A stretch of 64,000 nt of DNA from Azolla caroliniana (lineage: Eukaryota > Plantae > Polypodiophyta). Position 1 is the stretch's first letter. Each line of letters begins with the position of its first letter. The stretch lies in assembly GCA_043228905.1 (NCBI GenBank), contig JBHGNT010000013.1, positions 11,408,001 through 11,472,000 on the forward strand. The letters run 5' to 3'. The translations under genes were made by a program, and so were the position numbers. The notes beneath the pieces are model-generated. The model worked only from the letters and a program-made list of their open reading frames with translations. It made no database searches and was not told the origin of the DNA. Shown in pieces: positions 50,702 to 62,067 of the stretch.

Positions 50702-53700
50702 TGTCATGAACATCGACACGAATTTTAGCCTTAGGTTCTTGTATATATATATATATCTCCTAGACAAACTTTAGATTTTAAACCTTTGTATAAAGAGTGG
50801 TATATAAGACTAAGTATGTAAGACTGAGTATGTAAGACTTGGCATGCAGGAATTAGTATGCTTGATATTATAGTATGTAAGACTTGGCATGAGCATGCTT
50901 ATCAGGCTTCACTACATGTATAAAAAGGGTTGATCTCCCTTGTTAACATCAAGGAAATCAACATCAGTCATGGAATAGATATTCTTACTCATTGTCATCA
51001 ACTTCCCCATCTCTTTATCTTCCAATTGTTCATCCGTGACATATTGATTTGCTTCCTTCTTTTTCTTCTTTCTCAATACAATATCATGTCAAAATCATCT
51101 AGTAACCTTGAGCAAATTTTCGCGGTCCTGCAACAACTTCAACATGAGAATGCCAACTTGCGAAACTCTGTCCAAGAACTTCAGGCAGCCACAACGGTCA
51201 TACCTCACCCAATTATTGACCCTTCTACAACAGAACCCAATGTTAGCTTCCCAGATAAATTCATCAACCAGATCCACCTTATTATTCGCCTTCAGCCTCG
51301 ACGCTATTCTGATGAATTTCGATGAGTCGGGCTCATCAGCACATTGTTGACAGGACAAGACCAAGCTTGGTTTGCCCCTCTGGTGGAGACCTCTTTGCCC
51401 CTCTTGATAGACTTCCAAGCATTTCTTACCGAATTCGAAGAAACTTTCAGGAGACTGACAAACGATGAGCCGCACTCAACAAATTATATGCATTACAACA
51501 AGGAGAACGTGCGGCATCAATCTATGCATCTGAATTTTGTCAACTCGCGTGCGATGTCGAATGGGATGGACAAGCCCTCCTTGATCAATTCTGTTGAGGA
51601 TTACGTGGTGAGATAAAAAATCTTGTGGTTAACTTTCCTGAGCCCACATCTTTGAATGAGGCTATTTCCCAAGCTGTGCATTGCGATAACCGTCTCTTTG
51701 AGTTCCGACAAGAGGAACGTCCTCACCGGATCCATCCACCTTGGCCAACCGCTACAAGAAGTCACCTACCATGGTTGACGGCCCGACTCCCATGTCATCC
51801 TCCACTTCATCTTCAACTCCCGCCATAGATTCTAGCTCCCCAATGGATATTGATCAAGTTCTCTACTGACCATTGACAAACGCGCAACGACAACATCGAC
51901 GGGCCAACAATTTATGTCTCTATTGTGGTGGCCCCAACCATTTGATCTGCTCTTGCCCAAAAAAGGGACCCGTCAAACACCACATCATGTGGATGGGGTT
52001 GAATATACGGTTGCTCCGATTCCCGTTTCTACTTCGGTGAGGACCGCGTCAACGGTTGCTCCCGCTCCAGTTTCGGAAGCCAACTCCCGTTTCTGCTCCA
52101 GTGAGGACTGCGTCAACGGTTTCTCCCACTCATGTTTTGGAGGCAACTCCCATTTCTGCTCTTGTGAGGACCAAGTTAGTGGTTGCTCCCATTTCCTCTT
52201 CTGCGAGAACTGTGTCAACGGTTTCTCCAATAGAAACAACATCGATAGTCACTCCTGCTTCGGCCTTAGAAACAGTTTCCACTCTTGCTCGGGTAAGTGA
52301 TACAGTGTTGGTTGCATCCATTTCTAATTCTAAGGACATGGTGGTCATGTCCACTATAGACATTACCCTATGTACTAGCTCTTTTCCATCAAAATACAAT
52401 GATTTCTCTAATGTATTTGAGAAGAAAAATGTTAATCGCCTGCCTGAACATCGCCCATACGATTGTCCAATTGACTTGAAAGATGGTGCTTGTCCTCCTT
52501 TTGGCCCTATCTATGGGTTATCTGAACCTGAATTCAAGGCCCTCAAAATATACATTGAAGAGAATCTCACAAAGGGATTCATTCGCCACTCAAAATCTCC
52601 ACCTGGCTCTCCTATCCTATTTGTCAAAAAGAAAGATGGAACGTTACGCTTATGTATCAACTATCGGGGGCTCAATCGAGTCACTGTTCGAAACCACTAT
52701 CCACTACCTCTAATCCCCGAACTCCTCGACCGACTTCGGGCTAGGTGTATATTCTCCAAAATCGATCTCAGAGGCGCCTACAACTTGGTGCGTATCAAGC
52801 CTGGAGACGAGTGGAAAACGACATTTCGAACCAGGTACGGGCATTTTGAATACACGGTAATGCCATTTGGTCTCACAAATGCTCTTGTTGTTTTTTAACA
52901 TATGATGAATGATATCTTCGGAGAATATCTAGACCAATTTGTGGTCATCTATCTCAACGACATGTTTATCTTCTCACAGGATTACACAGAGCAGACCAAG
53001 CACTTCCGACTTATCCTGTCCAAACTTTGGGAACATGCACTTTATGCAAAACTTGAGAAGTGTGAGTTTGATCTAACCTCAGTTGAATTCCTCGGGTATG
53101 TTATTTCATCTGATGGTATCACTATGGACAAGAAGAAAGTTGCAATGGTTCAAGAGTGGGAAGTCCCCACCAGGGTCAAGGATGTGCAATCGTTTTTTGG
53201 TTTTGCCAACGTCTATTGTCGATTCATTCAAGGATTCTCTACATTGGCACAACCCCTTATAGAACTCACTAGGAAGGATTCTCCTTTTTGCTGGACTCCT
53301 ACAACCCAACTGGCATTCGAGACACTAAAGAAAGCTTTTACCTCGGCTCTAGTACTTCTACACCTAGATTTGACCAAACCATTTATGATCGAAACGGATG
53401 CCTCTGACTTCGCCATCGGTGCCATTCTCTCTCAATCAAATAACAATGGGATCCTTCATCCGTTGCCTTTTATTCTCGGAAGTTCACAACCCTCGAGATC
53501 AACTACCCAATTTACGACAAAGAACACTCTGCCATTATTGCCGCCTTTGAAGAATGGCGTCATTACTTGGCGGGCGCCCAACACAGTGTCCAGGTGGTGA
53601 ACGATCACATGAACCTTGTCTACTTCACCACTACTCGCATTTTGAACTGGAGGCAAGCACAATGGTCGACCTTCCTGGCTGATTACGACTTTGAAATTGT

Positions 53701-55660
53701 TTTTCGTCCTGGTGCCCAACATGGTAAAACTGATGCCCTATCTCGGTGTTCGGAATTCGAAATCTGGTCGGGAGATGTGATCTACAATCAACAATCATGT
53801 TGTCTCCTACAACCACATCAGATGCAACTCTTTGCAGCTTATATGGGTGCGGATGAATCATTACTCAATGCAATTGCGATAGATATTGCCAATGACAAAT
53901 TTGCAAAAGAGATTAAGGAGAATTGAGTCAATAACTCAACCATAAGGGAGGTACGGAATATCCATGACCAATTTATGTTTCAGGATGGTTTTCTTTTCCG
54001 GAACAGCTTAATGTCTGTCCCAGATGGTCCTTGTCGTATCCGTATCATGAAGGAGTGCCTTGATGATGTCCTAGCTGGACATTTTGGTGTTGCAAAAACT
54101 TTGGAGTTAATCTCTAGAATTTATTGGTGGCCACAACCTTGGAAACTTGTTAAAAAAGTCATGAAAACATGTGATACATGTGCCCGTGCCAAAGTAGTAC
54201 ACCATCGTCCCTCCGGTCTACTTCAACCTCTGCCAATTCCAAATAGGCCATGGGCCTCCATCTCGACAAATTTTATCACCGACCTTCTCGACATTGAGGG
54301 ATTCAATTCAATATTGGTGGTGGTTGATAGGTTCACATAGATGGTGCATTTTATTCCATGTTCTAAAGCAATTTTAGGGATGGAAACAACAGATCTATTG
54401 TTAACGAATATTGTGCGCCTTCACGGTTTACCGGATGTCATTATTTCTGATCGCAGTCCCCAATTTATGTCTCATTTATGGAAATGCCTCTTCTAGACTC
54501 TTGGAACTTCCACAATTTTCGACAACCTTCCATCCTGAGATAGACAACCAAACGGAACGAGTAAATCAAATCCTAGAGCAATATCTCCAATGTATGATAA
54601 GTTATCAACAAGATGATTGGATTAAATTTCTTCCAATGGCTGAGTTCGCCTACAACAATACTCTCCACACATCAACTAGTGTAACACCCTTCTTCGCAAA
54701 TTATGGGTTCCACCCATGCTTTAGCATAGCTATCCATGGTAGTTCTGTGAATCCATCTACTGAAGAACGAGCTCGTCTGATGAAAGAAGTGCATCATGAA
54801 CTATCCCTAGAACTCTTCATTGCTCAAGAACGACACAAAGAGAAGGCCGATCAACATCGGCGGGCTACACCTGGTTTTAAAATAGGTGACATGGTCTGGC
54901 TCAAGAACTCGCCCATGCAACAAACTCGATTACAAAAAGTTGGGTCCGTTCCGCATCATTGACAAAGTCAACCTTGTGCCTTTTTGTCTTGCTCTTCCAT
55001 CACACTACCGAATTCACAATGTCTTGCAAGCATCACTCCTTTAGCTCTATCATCCATCCTTAATTCTAGGAAGAAGCGTCGAGCCACCCCACCTGTGGCT
55101 TTGGCGACTGGGGACGAGTATGAAGTCAAGACCATTCTAGACTCGCGCAAGAGCCGACGGAAACTCTAGTATCTGCTCTTGTGGAAAGGCTATCCCATCT
55201 TTGAGGCCACATGGGAGCCCGCTAGAAATTTACTCAATGCCCCGGAAGTGGTTCATGATTTTTATCTCCGATATTCTCACAAACCCACACCTTCTTGAAG
55301 TCGGCACTTAAGGGGAGGATAATGTCATGAACATCGACTCGAATTTTAGCCTCAGGTTCTTGTATATATATATTTCTCCTAGATAAACTTTAGATTTTAA
55401 ACCTTTGAATAAAGAGTGGTATATAAGACTAAGTATGTAAGACTGAGTATGTAAGACTTGGCATGCAAGAATTAGTATGCTTGATATTATAGTATGTAAG
55501 ACTTGGTAGGAGCATGCTTATCATGCTTCACTACATGTATAAAAAGGGTTGATCTCCCTTATTAACATCAAGGACATCAACACCAATCATGGAATATATA
55601 TTCTTACTCACTGTCATCAACTTCCCCATCTCTTTATCTTCCAATTGTTCATCCGTGACA
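50702..55660 (+). mobile_element. Ty3/gypsy chromovirus (Tcn1-like), degenerate coding region
   Basis: LTRs 50702-51041 and 55323-55660 (TGTCATG...GTGACA); gag with CLYCGGPNHLICSC; RT ([23 protein letters not shown]); RNase H (ETDASDFAIG); integrase; chromodomain (EYEVKTILDSR...WKGY...TWEP) about 55110-55290; PPT AAGGGGAGGATAA. Confidence 0.93.
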
Positions 55661-56016
55661 GATGAACAATTGGAAGACAAAGAGATGGGTAAGTTGATGA
55701 GATAGAGAGATGGATAAGTTGATGACGACGAGTACGAATATTTATTCCATGACTGGTGTTGATCTCCTTGATGTTAACAAGGGAGATCAACCCTTTTTAT
55801 ACATATAGTGATGCATGATAAGCATGCTCATGCCAAGTCATACATACTATAATATTAAGCATACTGATTCTTGCATGCCAAGTCTTACATATTGAGTCTT
55901 ACATACTCAGTCTCACATACTACTCTTTATACAAAGGTTTAAAGTCTAAAGTCTTTCTAGGAGAAATATATATATACAAGGACCTAGTGCTTGAATTCGA
56001 CTCGATGTTCATGACA
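55661..56016 (-). repeat. Inverted LTR of the same chromovirus family, abutting the 3' LTR
   Basis: Reverse complement of the LTR, ending ...TCGATGTTCATGACA and lacking 7 terminal nt at the junction. Confidence 0.88.
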
Positions 56017-56551
56017 CAGAGAGCCGAACACGGAAATCGGCAACGGTCGCATTACGCTGAAGGATCGGAAGGATCCGGAACCGACAAAACTGGAAAGGAG
56101 ACAATCTTCTTGATGAAACACAAGGCAAACTCGATGAAAAAGACCATCTCACAATCGGATGAGGTGTGGTATGTGGACTCCACAATGTCAAATCATATGA
56201 CGAGCTATGAAGAATGTTCATCCCCGACACCAACGAAGTCAGAACCACTATGTTTGCAAAAAGACAAAAGGTTGAGTCGGATATCGACGTATGACACAAG
56301 CAGTTCAGCCATATCAACTTCCCGCGGCTTTGGGTGATGCACTCAAAGAACATTTTTTTCGGATTACCGAAATTCATTGGCCGGAATGACCAAGTTTGTG
56401 AAGCTTGCATGTTAGGGAAGAAACACTGACTTCCATTCCCCAACAAGCGATATCGGAGCCCGAACTGGCTCGATTTAATCCACTCAAATGTTTGGGGACC
56501 GACACAAAATGTGAGAATCGGAGGAAGCCATTATTTTGTAACCTTCATCAA

Positions 56552-59500
56552 TGTTGGGATTACGGTCCCTCCGGATGGGATGGTCGGATATCCGGGAATC
56601 GGATGATGAATACCCCGGCTACGGAGCCGGATGATGAAGACCCCGGTTACGGAGCCGGATGATGAATACCCCGGCTACGGAGCCGGATGATGAAGACCCC
56701 GGTTACGGAACCGGATGCTGAAGACCCCGATTACGGAGCCGGATGACGAATGTACCCGGAGAGAGATCCGGATGTGGGGACATATTTGTGAATATGTTTG
56801 CCAAGAGCCCTTGAGGCTATATTTGTAAATAGCCCGAAAGTCATATGTGTATAAATATGACTTAGGGCAAACAGTTTAAATGTTGTTGCTTATCATTTTT
56901 CTGTTTTTTCCACTCAAGAGGAGTGAAGAGAGAGTAGCCGCGAGAGAGATAGAGTGTGAGAGAGGAAGAGGTCGACGCCTCTGTGTATTTCCGCCGCCTG
57001 TGGCGAGGACAGCGAGCTCAAGGTCGTCGCCTTGCAGCTCGCCATTGTATATTTCTCTGTGCATAGTTTTGGTTCGGAGTCTTGTACTCCCGTGGTTTTT
57101 CCCGTACAGGGTTTTCCACGTTAAATCTTGTGTCCATTCTATTTTTTGCATTTCCCATTTTCTGCAACAACGATTCGTGTGTTTCCTTGGTTGTGGCCGA
57201 GAGGTGAAGTTTGGAAAGTGTCGATTAATTTTCCATCAATTTGGTATCAGAGCGGGCTGCTGCAGAAAATGGAAGGCGGCGGCAGCGGGCAGCCGGGGAT
57301 GATGGTGCTGAATGCGCAGAATTACGCCGACTGGAAGATCAAGATGGAGGATCTTCTGATTGTTCGGGACCTGTACGAACCGATTGACAGGTCGGAAATA
57401 CCAAAGGGGGTACTTGAGTCGGAATGGAGGCTTCTGAACCGGAAAGCCGTTGCAACCATTCGGCAATACGTCGACGTGAGCGTTCTACAACATGTGGCGA
57501 ACGACACCAACGCATATGAGATGTGGCGGAAGCTGTCGGGCCTCTACGAGAGGAAGAATGCGTTGAACCGGACCTCCCTGATGAGGAAGATAGTGAACCT
57601 CAAGTACCGGGACGGCGAGAGTATGGTGGAACACGTAAGCACGTTCATGGGATTCGTGAACCAGCTTGCGGCGATCAAGTTCCCGTTGGAGGATGCAATG
57701 CAAGCCATCATCCTGATGTGTACATTGCCGGAAAGCTGGGAGAACTTGGTGGTGACTCTCAGCACCTCTTGCACGGAAGATAACTTGTCCCTACAAACGG
57801 TAAAGACAAGTATTTTGAACGAAGAAGCGCGTCGGAGAGATAAAGAACCGGTTTCCGATCCGAAGATGCTGCTTACCGAATCGGATCGGGGAAGACAATG
57901 GAACCGGAGTCCGCAAAGACGGGAGAAGTCGGGGACCCGGTCGCAGTCAAGAGGAAGGCCCACATGCTTCCACTGTGGGAAGCCGGGGCACTTCCGGAAG
58001 AATTGTCGGCATTACCGAAAGGACAACGGAGCCGACGACACCGATTCGAAGAAGTCACCGGAGAGAAACGGTGCATACCGGGGAGCCACGGACCGGAGAG
58101 GTCCGGATCGGCGAGGGCAGGACTGGAAAGGAACGACGGCACTCGCGGCAAGTGAAGAAGAGATAATGCTCATTACCGAAGAGAGGGAGCTGAACCTTGC
58201 CGGTGAAGAGATGACCTGGGTGGTCGATTCCGGAGCGTCGTTCCACCTGACCCCGGAGAAGAAATACTTCTCATCCTACACAGCCGGTGAGCACGGCTGT
58301 GTCCGGATGGGAAATGAAGGTACATGCCGGATTGCCGGCATAGGAGACGTGTGGCTGATGACATCAACCGGATGCAAGATGCTGCTGAAGGATGTCCGAC
58401 ACGTTCTGGAGGTTCGATTGAACCTGATTTCGGCCGGGAGGCTAGACGATGAAGGCTATACGGGTAGCATCCGGAACGGCGTAATGAAGTTCAACAAGGG
58501 GAGCCTGATAGTGGCTGGAGCCCGAAAAGTCAACACACTGTACCTTATGAATGCCTGGTTGTGTCCGGAGGAGTTGAATGTGGTAGCCGACGCTGCCGGT
58601 GAGCTGTGGCACAAGAGACTGTGCCACATGAGTGAGAAGGGGATGAAGAGGCTTGCAGAAGACAACCTTATTCCAGTGAAGCATGTGCACCTGGAGAAGT
58701 GCACCGACTGTCTGGCCGGTAAGCAAAACCGGACCTCCTTCCACTCAAGGCCACCGACGAGACGTAGTGCACCATTGGAGTTGGTGCACACTGACGTGTG
58801 TCAAGTAGAAACGAAGTCACATGGCGGAGCCCAGTACTTCGTGACATTCATTGATGACCACAGCCGGAAGCTGTGGACGGCACCGTTGAAGACAAAGGAC
58901 CAAGTATTGTCCGTCTTCAAAGAACTCCACGCGAGAGTGGAAAGAGAATCCGGCAAGAAGCTGAAAGCGATACGAGCGGATAACGGAGGGGAATACCGGG
59001 GGCAGTTCGCGGAGTACTGTCGCTCGAAGGGAATCCGGCTCGAGTTTACTGTGCCGAAGACGCCGGAACTGAACGGGCTGGCCGAGAGGATGAACCGGAC
59101 CATAATGGAGAGGGTCCGGAGTATGCTAGCACATGCGAAATTACCCAAGGGATTTTGGGCTGAGGCAATGTCGACGGCGACGTATGTGATAAATAGATCA
59201 CCCTCAGTACCTTTGGACGGAGACACGCCGCAGAAAGTGTGGACCGGTAAGGAAGTGTCCTACCGGCATTTGAAGATGTTCGGGTGTCTCGCATACGTGC
59301 ATGTGGCAAAGGACCGGAGCGGAAAGTTAGATCCAAAGACCCGGCCATGCATATTCCTCGGATACGGCGACGACGAGTTCGGCTACCGAGTATGGGACCC
59401 GGTCGACAAGAAGATATTCAGGAGTCGAGATATCGTCTTCATGGAGGACAAGACACTCGCCGACTGGGAGTCGGAGAAGAAGATGAAGAGCTCCAAGTCG

Positions 59501-62067
59501 ACCGGTGAGGATAAACTCTACGAGGAGCAGTCCCGACCGGCAAGGGACCGGTTAGCACTCGAGGATCCGGCCGAAGACGGTGAAGAAACAGAACCGGCCG
59601 AAGAAGATGAAAATGATACCGGAACCGGCCCCGATCCCGAAATGGATTCGGATGAAGAAGAATCGGAAGAACCGGTTACCGAAGCTCCGGAACGGAGATA
59701 TCCTCTAAGAGAGAGAAGGCCCCCCCGGAGATTTCCGGAACCAGAGCATGTGTTGCTAACCGACGAGGGGGAGCCGGAGAGCTTTGAAGAAGCAAAGCAT
59801 GACACCCAGAGCCGCAGGTGGTTGAGTGCCATGCAGGACGAGATGGATTCCCTGCATGAGAACCACACATATGAACTTGTGGAGTTGCCGAAAGGAAAGC
59901 GGGCACTACGAAACAAGTGGGTGTTCAAGCTGAAACCGGGAGATGCCGGAAACCCCCCGAGATACAAAGCCAGGATCGTGGTGAAGGGGTTTCAGCAGAA
60001 GAAGGGCGTCGACTTCGACGAGATATTTGCCCCGGTAGTGAAGATGACCTCCATCCGGACGGTGCTGAGCATAGCGGCAAGCATGGACCTCGAGGTAGAA
60101 CAGATGGACGTGAAGATAACATTCCTTCACGGTGACCTCGAAGAAGAGATCTACATGCACCAACCGGAAGGATTCGAGAAGAAAGGGAAAGAGCACCTGG
60201 TATGCCGGTTGAAGAAGAGCCTTTACGGACTGAAGCAGGCCCCCCGGCAATGGTACCGGAAGTTCGACTCCTTCATGACCGACGAAGGGTACCTCAAAAC
60301 GCAGTCCGACCACTGCGTGTTTGTGAAGAAGTTCGAAGGAGGAGACTTTCTAATACTCCTCCTGTACGTGGACGACATGTTGATCGTCGGACGGGACCAG
60401 GTCAAGATACGGATGCTGAAGAAGGCTCTTCACCGAACCTTCTCAATGAAGGACTTGGGTCCGGCGAGACAAATACTAGGGATGCACATCATCCGGGACC
60501 GGAGCAAGAAGCAGTTGTGGCTGTCACAGGAGAAGTACGTGACAAAGGTGCTTAAATGGTTCAACATGTCGGAAGCAAGACCGGTCGGATCGACCCTCCC
60601 GGCAAACTGCAAGCTGTCCAACAAGCAAAGTCCCAAGACAAAGGCTGAAAAGGAGGATATGATGAAAGTGCCGTATGCCTCAGCCGTCGGAAGCTTGATG
60701 TACGCAATGGTGTGTACAAGACCGGACATAGGATACGCAGTCGGAGTGGTGAGCCGGTACATGAGCAATCCCGGCAAAGAGCACTGGAACGCGGTCAAGT
60801 GGATACTCCGATACCTGAAGGGCACGACAAACGTGTGCCTCCGATTCGGCTCCGGAAAGCCCGAACTCGACGGCTTTACCGATTCGGATATGTCGGCTGA
60901 TGCAGATACCAGCCGGTCCACATCAGGGTATGTGATGACGTATGCAGGGGGAGCTGTTTCGTGGCAGTCGAGGCTGCAGAAGACGGTTGCGTTGTCAACC
61001 ACGGAGGCGGAGTACATGGCGGCTGTTGAAGCCGGCAAGGAAATAATATGGATGAAGGACTTCATTAGAGAGCTCGGTATCCGGCAGGAGGAGTACCGAC
61101 TCTACTGCGACAGTCAGAGTGCCATCCACCTTGCGAAGAATGCGGCCTATCACTCCCGGACGAAGCACATCCAGCGTAGATACCACTGGATCCGGGAAAG
61201 GATAGAAGACAAGGAGTTCATGCTAACGAAGATCCACACGGACGAGAACGGGTCGGATATGCTGACCAAGGCACTCACACCCGACAAGCTGGAAGCATGC
61301 CGGAAAAGGATCGGATTGGAGAGACATCCCATGCCGAAGTGAAGGGGGAGTTTGTTGGGATCACGGTCCCTCCGGATGGGATGGTCGGATATCCGGGAAT
61401 CGGATGATGAATACCCCGGCTACGGAGCCGGATGATGAAGACCCCGGCTACGGAGCCGGATGATGAAGACCCCGGTTACGGAGCCGGATGATGAAGACCC
61501 CGGTTACGGAGCCGGATGATGAATACCCCGGCTATGGAGCCGGATGCTGAAGACCCCGATTACGGAGCCGGATGACGAATGTACCCGGAGAGAGATCCGG
61601 ATGCGGGGACATATTTGTGAATATGTTTGCCAAGAGCCCTTGAGGCTATATTTGTAAATAGCCCGAAAGTCATATGTGTATAAATATGACTTAGGGCAAA
61701 CAGTTTAAATGTTGTTGCTTATCATTTTTCTGTTTTTTCCACTCAAGAGGAGTGAAGAGAGAGTAGCCGCGAGAGAGATAGAGTGTGAGAGAGGAAGAGG
61801 TCGACGCCTCTGTGTATTTCCGCCGCCTGTGGCGAGGACAGCGAGCTCAAGGTCGTCGCCTTGCAGCTCGCCATTGTATATTTCTCTGTGCATAGTTTTG
61901 GTTCGGAGTCTTGTACTCCCGTGGTTTTTCCCGTACAGGGTTTTCCACGTTAAATCGTGTGTCCATTCTATTTTTTGCATTTCCCATTTTCTGCAACAAC
62001 GATTCGTGTGTTTCCTTGGTTGTGGCCGAGAGGTGAAGTTTGGAAAGTGTCGATTAATTTTCCATCA
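56552..62067 (+). mobile_element. Complete, very young Ty1/copia A4
   Basis: LTRs 56552-57238 (687 bp) and 61353-62067 (715 bp); perfect TSD ATCAA; PBS 57242-57253; PPT about 61341-61350. Confidence 0.97.
57269..61342 (+). CDS. Copia gag-pol polyprotein (1357 aa, uninterrupted)
   Basis: First ATG after the PBS. Gag, CCHC knuckle, DSGAS protease, GAG-pre-integrase, DDE integrase, RT YVDD, RNase H. Confidence 0.93.
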   Translation: MEGGGSGQPGMMVLNAQNYADWKIKMEDLLIVRDLYEPIDRSEIPKGVLESEWRLLNRKAVATIRQYVDVSVLQHVANDTNAYEMWRKLSGLYERKNALNRTSLMRKIVNLKYRDGESMVEHVSTFMGFVNQLAAIKFPLEDAMQAIILMCTLPESWENLVVTLSTSCTEDNLSLQTVKTSILNEEARRRDKEPVSDPKMLLTESDRGRQWNRSPQRREKSGTRSQSRGRPTCFHCGKPGHFRKNCRHYRKDNGADDTDSKKSPERNGAYRGATDRRGPDRRGQDWKGTTALAASEEEIMLITEERELNLAGEEMTWVVDSGASFHLTPEKKYFSSYTAGEHGCVRMGNEGTCRIAGIGDVWLMTSTGCKMLLKDVRHVLEVRLNLISAGRLDDEGYTGSIRNGVMKFNKGSLIVAGARKVNTLYLMNAWLCPEELNVVADAAGELWHKRLCHMSEKGMKRLAEDNLIPVKHVHLEKCTDCLAGKQNRTSFHSRPPTRRSAPLELVHTDVCQVETKSHGGAQYFVTFIDDHSRKLWTAPLKTKDQVLSVFKELHARVERESGKKLKAIRADNGGEYRGQFAEYCRSKGIRLEFTVPKTPELNGLAERMNRTIMERVRSMLAHAKLPKGFWAEAMSTATYVINRSPSVPLDGDTPQKVWTGKEVSYRHLKMFGCLAYVHVAKDRSGKLDPKTRPCIFLGYGDDEFGYRVWDPVDKKIFRSRDIVFMEDKTLADWESEKKMKSSKSTGEDKLYEEQSRPARDRLALEDPAEDGEETEPAEEDENDTGTGPDPEMDSDEEESEEPVTEAPERRYPLRERRPPRRFPEPEHVLLTDEGEPESFEEAKHDTQSRRWLSAMQDEMDSLHENHTYELVELPKGKRALRNKWVFKLKPGDAGNPPRYKARIVVKGFQQKKGVDFDEIFAPVVKMTSIRTVLSIAASMDLEVEQMDVKITFLHGDLEEEIYMHQPEGFEKKGKEHLVCRLKKSLYGLKQAPRQWYRKFDSFMTDEGYLKTQSDHCVFVKKFEGGDFLILLLYVDDMLIVGRDQVKIRMLKKALHRTFSMKDLGPARQILGMHIIRDRSKKQLWLSQEKYVTKVLKWFNMSEARPVGSTLPANCKLSNKQSPKTKAEKEDMMKVPYASAVGSLMYAMVCTRPDIGYAVGVVSRYMSNPGKEHWNAVKWILRYLKGTTNVCLRFGSGKPELDGFTDSDMSADADTSRSTSGYVMTYAGGAVSWQSRLQKTVALSTTEAEYMAAVEAGKEIIWMKDFIRELGIRQEEYRLYCDSQSAIHLAKNAAYHSRTKHIQRRYHWIRERIEDKEFMLTKIHTDENGSDMLTKALTPDKLEACRKRIGLERHPMPK

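Noticed and set aside
57128-57268. N-terminal extensions of ORFs 57128-61342 and 241-3840
   Set aside because: They begin at non-ATG codons inside the LTR. The likely starts are the ATGs after the PBS (57269 and 298).
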